A DNA stretch of 64,000 nucleotides from Spirogloea muscicola. Lineage: Eukaryota. Shown piece after piece: positions 39,460 through 50,242 of the stretch (within the stretch, counting starts at the first letter, position 1; each line of letters opens with the position of its first letter). Position numbers and translations under genes: made by a program. The stretch spans positions 14,192 to 78,191 of the forward strand of contig WELB01000016.1 of assembly GCA_009602725.1 (NCBI GenBank). The letters are read 5' to 3'. Below the pieces are notes generated by a model, which did no database searches, had not been told where the DNA came from, and was given only the letters and a program-made list of their open reading frames with translations.

Positions 39460-40510
39460 GGGCTCGCCCATTCAGGATAGGGGCTGGGAAATGCCAGCCC
39501 AAAAAAGAATGAACCAAGGAATAAATAGGGCGCTCTTATTAGTACCCCCGGGGGGAGAGTGGAGGAGGTGTGGAGTGTGTACTGGTTTGATGGAGGGAAT
39601 GAGTGTGTACTAAGAGATCGAGGGCCTGTGTGGCTAAGTACGAAGGCAAGCAGATTCGCAAATGTACGTCACCTGCTGCTAAGCTGACCCGCTCAGTAAC
39701 CCCGAGTCAGCACATAGAGGTCGCTAACTGATGCCCGAATACCGGACGGCAATAGCAAGCTCTTGAGCTACCAGCTAAGGCTCGACCAGCTTTCTGATGC
39801 AAGGCATGAGCCTGAGCTCGCTGCAGACAAGCTGACACTCGACGTTGTAAGAATGACAAGTAGGCTGCCGGCATGCCCATCTGAGCTGGAAGCATATGCT
39901 CATGTCGAGCATATCCCAAACTTGCACTATTCTCCAGTAAGGTATGGAAGCGAGGCCCCATGCAGCCGAAAGTGTCAATTGCCGCCGGTAGGAGGTGATC
40001 GCTGCGGGGGTAGTCAGAGTAGTGTCGGAGCTTTCTCTGCTCAGCACCTTCCACTGCGTGGCCAGCAATGTGCATCGAAGCGGAACTCTTGTTTGCCTCC
40101 GTCACCACCACATCAACCAGGCTCGTGGGCCTCCGCCAGGTCGTACACCCACAATGTCCAGGGTGCGACGGTGATGGCGGTCCCTGGGAATCCGTGGTGA
40201 TGGGCATTACACTGCTTACTTCCACAATGGCGCGGTAGCCGGCGTCGCGCATCAGGCCCGCCAGGGCTTCCCGTAGGAGATTATTGACGCCGACCACCTC
40301 AGGGCCGCCCTCCGCACGGAAGCCACACTCACACCGAGTTACACCACTCAGGCAGGTCGGGGGCAGGCCCAGGAACAGCTGGAGAAGCGTCCGGAATGCT
40401 TCGGGGCTGATTCTGAAAGCGTTGTGGACGGGGTGCGTTGTGAGCCAGTCCGTTGCCCCAGGCCCACAAACTGCGATCCTCCGCCCCTCTCCCCAATGAC
40501 ATAACAGATG
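39460..40510 (-). mobile_element. 5'-truncated, frameshifted RLE (CRE-like) non-LTR retrotransposon remnant with 3'UTR
   Basis: GATDWLTTHP...FRTLLQLFLGLP...CECG, GYRAIVE, RTLDIV (alternative frame), VDVVVT, AEQRKLRHY, LLPAAIDTFG, RRVSACLQRAQAHALHQKAGRALA, then shifted ...SDLYVLTRGY* (stop at 39693). Hairpin module at 39460-39500. No RT domain visible. Confidence 0.82.
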
Positions 40511-41093
40511 TTAAGTAGATGTTATTGTCTGTGTACTCGGGCACTCAGGCCCTCCATCATTCAATAACCTCTTCGTCCTCTTCGATACTCTACATCCCAG
40601 CGTCTCCAGCTTCTCTCCGCCCCGGCACGGGTCCCGAGCGCGCCTCCTGCGCCCCTTCGGCGCCGCGCCCGCTGCCGCCGCTTCTGTGGCCGCCGCTGCC
40701 GACTTCGGACGTACTCTTGAGCGGCGTGTGCTTGCTGGCACATCCTGGCAAGACGAGCGCCAGTGAGGCAGAACACGACTCAAGGAGATCAGGCAGAGGC
40801 ACGGAAAGAGCGTGAGGGAGGGGAGGAGGTGACAGAGAGCGCTTGAGAGTACTCACGAAGAGCTTGAGGTGTAGAGGCACAGAGGCCGGGGGACGTGTGG
40901 CAGATCTTGGACGAGGGCATTGTAAAGAGGGCCCACATTGCCTGGCGCAAGACGAGCGCAGCTGGGCGTATCTACACACTGGATGCTAGGCATGGCGGCG
41001 CAGGGGAGTCGAAGGAGGGCGAGGAAAAAGCATGGCGTGCACGCCAGCAGCGAGAGGGCCCTCGCCTGACTGCACCTTGTGGACCTGCCAGAC

Positions 41094-42454
41094 ATGATGA
41101 CACTCGGGGACGCAGTGCTTGCAGTAGCCGCCCTGCTGCTGCTGCGCCTGGTGTACGTGCTCTCTGACGTTGGCCGCCGCAAGATGCCCAGTCGCCGGCT
41201 ATCGCAACGGCCGCTCTCAACGCTCATCGTTCTTGGTTCAGGTCAGCAACCGCGACCTTCATATTCAGTACAACTGGCGCCGTGCGCAGCCGCCTACCCA
41301 CCTGTTCATTCCATGGCAACAGCTTATTTCTGTTATTGCCGTGCTGGACGCAAGCTGCAGGCGGGCACACCGCCGAGATGCTCAATCTTACTGGCTTGCT
41401 GGACCGTGGCCACTACTCCCCTCGCTGGTACGTCGCCGCCGCCACAGACAACATGAGCATTGCCCGAGCTAGGACGGCAGAAGAGAAAGCTTCTACCGAT
41501 GAGGTAATGCCACTACTGTCCTCAGAACACGAGGCTTGCGGATTCGCTTGCTCATGGAATACTCAATAAGGTGAAGGAGTGATTTGAGGACAGATCATAG
41601 GGCAAGTTCCTGCTCCATTGCTCGATGCTGGGCGTCACAAGTGCAACGGGCGCTGCTTGACTGGTCCTGCATTGAACGGAGCCAATGCCATCCGCAGAGT
41701 GCGCGGTACTGCAAGATATTTCGCAGCCGTGAGGTTGGGCAGTCATATCTCACATCCGTGGCCACCACAATTGTTGCCTTCCTACACGCCGTTTACATCG
41801 TCTTTCACGTCCGCCCGGACGTTGTGAGTGACAATACACATCCCTGACCAGCACGGGCCTCCTTACCTACGTAACATTTCAATTTGTCCGAGTGGCAGCT
41901 TCAAATTTGTATCAGTACGATGCAACCATCATCAAACTCTGTGTACACTACATGAGCAGGTACTCTGCAACGGGCCTGGCACCTGCCTCCCAGTCTGTGT
42001 TGCTGGTTTCATCTGCAAAGTAAGCACTGTCCCAAACGCCTGCGCCCACTGAAGAATGCACCCCAGTCTTACCTAATGTCAAGTCCCACAGTCCTTGTAG
42101 TGGACGAGATGTATGGGCAGGTGCAGAATCAGTGCAGGTAGATGCAGCGTAACGCTGCGCAAATCACTTGTAACCACATACCATGTGCTGCTGGTCATTG
42201 TCTGCTGACGCATTTTGGAGGTTTTCCCATTATCCTCTTGCCTTACTTAGTGCGGGCGTTTATGCCACTTGCACCAGGTAATTGGCCTGCAGTGGACGAA
42301 GCTCATCTACGTAGAAAGCGTGGCTCGCGTGCAGAAGCTGTCACTTACTGGCAGGCTCCTGTACAAGAACAAGATTGTGGATATATTCTTTGTTCAGTGG
42401 CCACACCTCACGCAGAAGTATCCGGGCTGCCAATATGTTGGCCGCCTCATGTAG
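41094..42454 (+). CDS. ALG14: UDP-N-acetylglucosamine transferase subunit ALG14
   Basis: N-terminal transmembrane segment, TLIVLGSGGHTAEM, RSREVGQSY, RPDVVLCNGPGTC, YVESVARVQKLSLTG and FFVQWP. Confidence 0.95.
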
Positions 42455-42941
42455 GTGTGTCATTATGCCAGAATGCGACTGAGCACTCCAGCTTCCTTGT
42501 CAGACTGTGCTACATGCTGCGTGTGGGAGCAGTAGCCTTCTAAAGCTCCCAGGGTTATTGGCAATAATTGCTATCGCCAGATGCTCACTGGACTTTATCA
42601 CCTAAAAGGTGCATAGAAAGTAGCTAGTCACTCTGAGCTTTTACCAAGGGTTGCCTTCAAGACCAAGGCACCATGAAACAAGGACAGGACAGCACTGACT
42701 TAAGAAGTGACTGGTCAGCCAGTCGCTCTACTGCTGCAAGAAGCTCAGGTGAGGAGCCTTAGACGCTTCATTTGCTAGTCTGATTGCTGCAGCCCAGGCT
42801 GATAATAATCCAGTGAATTTTCAGAGTGAAGGTTACCATTGTCCATCCATACACGTAGAGGAAGTGTATGCCTTCCTCTTGGCATGGTTATGCAATGTCA
42901 GCATTGCAAGGCAACAAGGCCAACGCATCCATAAGCTATGC

Positions 42942-44901
42942 TCACAAGTCATCTCGACGGACCATGTCTGTCATCCAGCAGTCCTTGTATGGGCCTTCCT
43001 CCTGATGTAAGGCAGAGCGCAGGTCAAGGACAGCAGTCATTTCCCGCAACCATGTTGCTATGAAGGTCAGGCATTCAAAAAACACAGTGATGCAGCTGCT
43101 TTGTGGGCATATTCCCAAGGACAAGCTGCAAGGAGTGCAACACGTCAGCTTGGCCAGCAACAAAATATGGCTACCTGCTTGGAGAGGGACCAGACAAAGA
43201 TGGTCTCCATGCCACTGGCTCCCACGAAGGACACGCGCTGCAGGATCAGTTGCAACAAGCAACAAATTATGTTGACGTCAGTAAGCTGACTCTATGGCAG
43301 ACGAGCTCTTCTCCCCTGTGGTGCATGCGACTCAAAGACGTGACACTAAGACAAGCTGCCTCTGTTGTAAACTGTGAGACATTACTTATTGCGTGAAAGA
43401 AGAAGAGCTGGATTGGCCATGTAGTCCGACCTGCTGAAAGCGAGTGGGTCCAATAGACACTGTACTCAGCACTCGAGCCTCAGCATGCTCAAGCATCATC
43501 TGCAGCACGCAAGACTCTCCAATTGCTTTCCTTAGGCCCAGCATTGTACTCAGGCCAGCAAGCAACTGTGCTGTCCATATTGACTACAGCATGTACAGAG
43601 GATTCTAGATTTAGTCTAAGTTCACTAAACTGAGGTGCCGCTAAGGAAGTCAGTGTAAACAAAGCAAGGTCAGTAAGCTGGGCTTCAAGCATAGAGTAAG
43701 TGGCTAAGAAGAATGCCTCAGGGGTGATTCCGAAGCTGCTCACAAGGAAGCTAACATCACTACAATGGCTTACATTATAAGCTCGGCTCTCTAGCATTGT
43801 TGAGAATCTAGAAAGAGGTCCTGTGTGAGCTTTGTTTGCAGGTGACGCGAACTCAAATCTGCAAATATGGACAAAAGAGAAGCTTATCAGCTGTAGTAAG
43901 CTATTAGACCACTAAAGAGCATGGCCCTGCATCCTGATGAGCAGAAGAAGAAGAGCAGAAACCTTCGTCTCATTGTCTAGCAGAGAATTAAGACAAGACA
44001 AGGCAGGGGCAATACACGGTGCTCAAGTCCCTCCTTCTAAGCGCCTCAAGCTGAGCTTGAACAACCTGAGCAGGTCCAATCTGGAGTCACAGGAACATCA
44101 TTCCATCAGCCAGCAGACGTAGGTGCCTGACGCACAAGCTGTGCCCCTTGTCCACAGGACAACAGAGGTCTACCATTCAACCATCTATTAGTCTTTGCTT
44201 GCTTGTCATCGACATATAAGATATGGAAATGCCCTTGCTTGTAGCATCACATTGGACTTATTGTGGTTGGCAGGGAGGAGAACATATTGCCTGGCCATAC
44301 CTCTGGGTCCGGCTTCAGGGGAGTGGTCTGCTCGCTGCCCCTGCTCAAGGCATGAAAGAGAGGTGAACAGAAGGCAATCAGCTCCCTCACACCTCTGACA
44401 TACAGAGACAGGTGGAGCGCACTGGCGTTTAATATAGACGCAAATAACAAATGATACGCAGAGATTACTCATCATGGGAGATCTATCAGCAATGTGTGCT
44501 GTTACCTGCACTACATCACTTCAACTGGGGCCATGGTGGCCAGCATCTGAATGCAGAACTAGTTTCTATAAGAAGAGCAGCAATTTGCCAAGCCAAGGCA
44601 GTGAACAGAGCAATTGGCATCACCCGTTGGAACTGGCGCTCTGATCCGAGCCGGCAGTGGCTGACACAACGACGCTAGGCTGGCCATCCCTGGCAGGGAC
44701 CGTGAGTAATCCCGGGCTCCGTCCGGGCGTACGCTTGCCGTTGCTCTGCCGCACAGAGGACGCTCGCCGCCGCCCGGCGGCGGGGTGCAGGCGGTAGTAC
44801 GCGGCGGCCTGCAGGCGCCGCGCTCGGAGCGGCCCGGACCAGGAGGCCCCGGCTGCCTGGAGCTCCTCCGGAGCGGCGCTCCCGGCGGAGAGCTCCGGNA
44901 T
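42942..44901 (-). CDS. DUF4864-like protein, probably plastid-targeted
   Basis: Spliced: transit-peptide-like exon / GSEQTTPLKPDPE / IGPAQVVQAQLEALRRRDLSTV / FEFASPANKAHTGPLSRFSTMLESRAYN / MMLEHAEARVLS...FQQ / RVSFVG...FVWSLSKQ / EEGPYKDCWMTDMV...*. The start 'AT-N' abuts the gap at 44899. Confidence 0.75.
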
Positions 44902-46033
44902 GAGCCGTCGCGCGGCCGGAGGACGACGCGGCGGAGGTGCTGAGCTGCAATGGAGCGTGTATTGAGATTGGAGTAGAGCGTGCGGGAAAGGGGCGGACTG
45001 AATCTGGCGTCCGCGCGGATCCTCTGTGCGCGCCGCCCGGTCGCCGCAGCAAGCCGCAGATCAGCACATCGCCGGAAACCTAGAGTCAGGGCGGGACCAG
45101 GGATCCGGAAGTTCTATGATTATCTGAAGCCTTTTAGGCGAGGGGCCAAGGATGCGGGTACGAGGCCCCTCTCCCCGCCTTGTAGTCCTTGACTGCAGCC
45201 AGGCCTGCCTCGTGCAACCGGCTGCTGACTGCCCACAAGAGAGAGAGACCACGAATGGTGCAGAGACGACTCAGTTTCCACACTCCACATAGCGAAGCCA
45301 GTCAAATACTCTAGCTGTAACCAGGCATAGTACATGATCACATGGCACAGCAGACTGAGGGCGACTGAGGGCAAGCCAAGCACGGTCCTGCGTGGACCGG
45401 AGCAGCTCTGCGGACAGTGCACACGAAGTTCTGAGACTGGTCATGGAAGAAGCAGCTCTTTGAAAGGACATGGGAGCAATCATATGGCTCAGTAGCCTGC
45501 TGCCTGAAACAGATACTTGTCCTGCCGACTATCTGCCCTTGGCAGAAGCAACAGCTTGCACATTGTGCTGATTCACACCCGCAAGGCACATCTCTTTGCC
45601 TCGCATGCTATTTGCCTGTCCATGAGATAAGTCAAAAGGGCACATTGACAGCTTTAAGCTGAGCTGTGCATCCGATCAGCGACATACTTCCTGCTTGCTT
45701 GACACTGATGCTCAACACCAGTTTCGCAAATTGGTTGACATAATCGTTCAGACAGACACCGAAAAGTATGTTGCGAATTGCAAAGACTACACTTTGAGCA
45801 AGTGCTCAGCAATGTGCGCATTGCTTGTGCGCAAACGCGTCATTTGCTTCACTAAGCAGCCCATGAAATGAGCGGTATTCCTTACCAAGGGTGCACAAGC
45901 AAGCTTTGTGGTCAGAAAGCAGTCACAAGCAGCTGATCCTGAAGCAGCTGCAACTCAATCTCTCTGCTGAACCTGAACACTACGAGAGTCCTCCTGCAAT
46001 TGATCTGTCAAAATCTTGCCCCTGCGGACCTGC

Positions 46034-48170
46034 TTAGTGCTTCAGACCCTCGTCCCAGCCCCCAAGATCCCTGCTCCTACTCCTCACAATTTCCGGCCCC
46101 TGAATCCTACGCCTAGCAGACTCGGATCTAACACCAGACTTCTGCGGCCGCCTAGTGGACGAGAACATCCTCGCATAGTAGGGACCCCGTTGGCCTGCAC
46201 CTTGCTCTTGAATCCTCTCAGGTAGCATAGGAGTCCTTTTTGTGGGCCTGGATTGAGTGTCTGTGGAAGCAGGGGACCTGTATTCAACGTCATCCTCACT
46301 CCAATTCCACTCGTCAGACCAGGCCTGCCCTTGGTCATCGGCATCTCGCCACCGACCTGATTGCCTCTCTGCCTCTTTCTGATAGTCTGTGTCATACCAA
46401 GACCTTCCCTGTCGGGAATGTGCGCGACTATCGGCATTCCAGATAGGCTTGCCTGTCCAAAAGCCATGACCTCCAGTAGGTGTCACAGACAAAGCAAGAG
46501 GAGCAAAACGGCACACCTTCTAATTCTCACGCTAAGCTTCAAACTGCTCAAATACTTATGTGAGTCACTAGATCTCGACAGTCTTTACATGCAAGTTGCC
46601 ATCTTCAACAGGCCATGGTGAAAGTAAAACATAGAGAAGGTCAGAGCGAGAGATGTGAGACTGGAAGCATACCTGCAGTATAGAGGAGGACACGCCATAC
46701 TTGTGCTGCAATGGGCTTCAGGACCTTCATCAGTGTTGGCAGCACCGCCAGGGCAGTGGGTGCAGACAGGAGCCACCAAGGATGCTGGAGTAGAGCAGGG
46801 CCCACGATGAAGAGTAGTGGCACACCAAGGAGGAGCAACGTCCAAGACTGTAACCAGAAAATAAGGTGGAAGCCAGTCTCATTTCACAGGCAGACTTATG
46901 GCCAATTTCAGAATCTGATGCATCTGTAGTAAGCCGCTATGGCAGAAAGCGGATGCAGACACGTGGAGCTCCACAGGCATAGCCTGCCAAGCAAGCCACT
47001 TCAGAGAGCCAGTGCTGGGAGCTCTCTATCATGGCCACAAGGCCTTGGTGAGTGAAGTGTGTCCTATGATTATAGCGGTAATCTTCATGTGTATGAGACT
47101 GTGCCTCCTCAAGACCAGATTGCTAAGAATGTTCAAGCAGTTGTTAGTTCTTCACACTTCGATCCGGTATCACAAGCAATGAAGATCATGGATGAGCAGC
47201 TACAACGTGCGCAAGCTTACATTGAAGAAGGCAGAGGAGATTGATTCATAGTAGTAGTCATCACTGGCGTCATGATCGACGTCATAATCATCCTCGTCCC
47301 ACTGTGGGACTTGCTGTGCACGTGACCTTGGGCCTTCATCAGAGGAGTCCCATCGACGTTGTTCTCTTGCCTGTTGACCTGCAGGTGGACATGATTGCCA
47401 CAGTGCAGGGTCGTTTACAGTCTGGAGCTGACTAGCAGAACCCAGATGAATAGGCACATCGAGCTGGCTGGATGATACCCTGTCAGATATACGACGTGTG
47501 GCACTCTGATCCAGCGCATGCTGCAGGCACATGTTTCACATTTGCGGCGGGGATTGTGTACCTCTTCTCCTTCCTGCCGAGCTGGTGGAGGTCCCTGCCT
47601 CACTGCCACTTCTCCGACGCCTCCAATGCTCGGCATTTGAGTCCCAGGCGCTCGGTCCCTGCTTTGCACCCCTGCGAGCAGCACTGGGTCACAACCTTGC
47701 CATCAGAGTAAGGAGAACTTCAACAACGTATTGGTGAACAAATCGAGCACTTGTTCATGCTTGGCAGGAGAAGGAGGCCAAGCAGCAAAACTACAGCAAC
47801 TCGGCGGAGGCCAGAAATACACCAAGCTGCCCGTGCCTTCACAAGATCCTGCCCACAGTCAGCAGGCTCGTTCATTGCAGGCAGACCTTTCAGGAGGCAC
47901 AGGCAGAGGCCCTGCTCACCCTGTGCGGCTCTCGTTACCAGCCGAGCGGCTCTGGCGAGCGCGAACTGCAGTAGCAGGCTGCTCCGCGCTCGGCGCTGCC
48001 GCCTTGTGCAGTTGAGGCTGGGCGGTCCTCCAGAGGCCGGCTCCGCTGCCGGCCGCGCGGCCCCTGCTGCAGCAAAGTGACGCGCGACGGCTGCGGCTTG
48101 CACCGAGGGGCCGAGGGGAGGGCGGCGTCGCGCTGCCGCGGGGGCCGGCTAGGTTGGCGGTGGCCGCCAT
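46034..48170 (-). CDS. unknown membrane protein, possibly plastid-targeted
   Basis: About five exons: a Ser/Arg/Ala-rich N-terminus, an acidic exon (WDEDDYDVD...), a hydrophobic exon (LLLGVPLLFIVGPALLQHPWWLLSAPTALAVLP) and a final exon ending DLGGWDEGLKH*. Confidence 0.6.
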
Positions 48171-48402
48171 GCCGCGCGCTCGCTGCAGCTGCGGCGGCGC
48201 TGACTCCAACTTGCCGGGCCAGCCCGAAGTGCCAACAGCCCAAAGAGAAACGCGCTCTTTCAATGTGCCAGCCTGCGTGCTGCCCGTGCTCTCGCTGCAG
48301 CCTCTGGCTTTCGTCAGGAGAGAAGGCGCGCGGTGCGTATGAAACTGAAAGGGAGGCCAATTCTAGCCTTACAAATGTCGTGTTAACTGGGTAATGAGCT
48401 GG

Positions 48403-48745
48403 CTAAGGGGGACACTCATATCCCCGAGTGAGCACATGCACATCTGACAAGCTATACTGAGGCGCCAAACCACCACCACGGAAGCCATTAGCCTGGGCTA
48501 ATGCACGACCAGCACGCTGGTGTATCGCGAGTGCCTGGGAGCGCTGTAGACTCAATGATAGCCGCATTCTATAGCATGCAACGATGGCTTGCGGGACGCT
48601 AGAATGCCCTAAGCTACCCGCCCAACTACGTCGGCGAGCATCGACATGCAGTGCCAGGCGATGGAGGATGGAAGACCACTTCGTTCCGTAACCGCCGTAT
48701 ATGTCCATGGCGCATGAGAAGAAGTGGTCGCCCTAGGGAGATTGG
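48403..48745 (-). mobile_element. 3' fragment of an RLE non-LTR retrotransposon (divergent subfamily)
   Basis: HFFSCAMDIYGGYG...YRMRLSLSLQRSQALAIHQRAGRALAQANGF...SLSDVHVLTRGY. Confidence 0.75.
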
Positions 48746-48889
48746 TTTCCGCCAGCTAGTCTTTCGGATTTGCGGCTCCTCACTTATGGTTTTTGAGTAC
48801 TTCATCCTACCCCAGTTCTGAGATGGCCCTTCTGGGCCCGGCAGGCCATCGAGCGGCGGCTGGGTCTGCCAGGCTTCAATGCTGCCGGC

Positions 48890-49510
48890 TCCCTCGCTAA
48901 GGTAATTCGCATGAGGCTGGCGGTCTCGTTCCAGCGCTCTCTGGCTCACGCAGTCCACAAGCGCGCCGGCCGCGCTATGGCTTTTTGTGCTTGTTCTTAG
49001 TGCTTCCCCTGGCACCTTCCGGTCCTTTGTTCGTTCTTTTTTGGGCTGGCTTTACCAGCCCCTATCCTCAATGGGCGAGCCCTTCTCTCTGTGGCGGCTG
49101 CCTCAGGGTCTCAGCGAAGTGCCTCTTTTCCAGCTTCGAGTTATTCTGACTTGCTGTTTCTCACTCGTGGATACTGAGCATCAATCTGCATCATTTCGTG
49201 TCCTGGCGTGTAGTCTTTCCTTTTCAGCACTATTTTTGTGGCGTTTGGGTATTGTCCATTCTTTTTTGGGCTGGCTTTGCTAGCCCCTCTTTTTCCATGG
49301 GCGAGCAGATTTCTTTCTCTTTGGCACCTTCGTAGGTTGACCACTTTGAACCTTTTCAATTCTGTGTTCGGGTGACTTATCTTTCTTTCTTTTATCGCAG
49401 CCCTTGGCACCCATCAGGAGAAGAAGTGGCTCTTCCAATGGGGGCAAGGGCTGTGAAAAGTCAGCCCGAAAAGAATTGACAGACGTTCAGGGGCCAAATG
49501 ACGGAGGGGC
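48890..49510 (+). mobile_element. plus-strand RLE retroelement fragment followed by hairpin modules
   Basis: ~48895-48982 reads LAKVIRMRLAVSFQRSLAHAVHKRAGRAMA. Hairpin modules at 49043-49082 (+), 49268-49306 (+) and 49426-49467 (-). Confidence 0.7.
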
Positions 49511-50242
49511 CGGAAGAACCACTTCTTCTCATGAGCCACAGCGTTTGGGAGCGAAGTAAAACGATGGAGCCTGTGTTGAGGGGTGGAGGGGCCTGAGTGA
49601 AATGTTTAAGCTAGTTTTTAGCAAAGATAATGAGCAACACGAAGCTCTTCCAAAAGGGGGCGAGGTGTGGAAAATGCGCTGGGCACCCTAGTGGCCACTT
49701 GAGTCGCTGTGTGCTTTAGCGGGTTTTTGGCCCTATCGAAGTTCGATCAATCCTCTTCTGGGCTCGCCGATCACATGCCATTTCGCTCCTAAATTTGACA
49801 CTAGAAGAAGAAAGGCCAACGCAACGTCGGGCCGTCCCACGGGGACTCCCGCCTCGTCCCGTGTCCCCAAAGAAACCAATAGGTCACGGCCACACGTTCA
49901 GTCGCCAGGGCACACGCCTTGCCCTCTTCCCACCGCACGTTCGTCACTGTTATCTCGATATATCTTGAACCTCCACCGCCGCCGCCGCCACCGCCGCCGC
50001 TGCCGTCACCGCCGCTGCCGTTTCCGCCACCGCCGTTGCCGCTTCCGCCGCCGCCGCCGCCTTCCGCCGCCTCCGCCNCCGCCGCTGCCGCCGCCGCCGT
50101 CTCCGCTGTGTCCGCAGCATCAGCACGCCTGCTCTTTCGTCGGGGCCTTCAGGCGCTGCCAAGCGCAGTGTCGGAGGAGCGTCTGCTCCCGGCCTCGCCA
50201 CCTGCACGGGCCTTCCCAGCCTCTCAGCCCAAGCGAGGCCGC

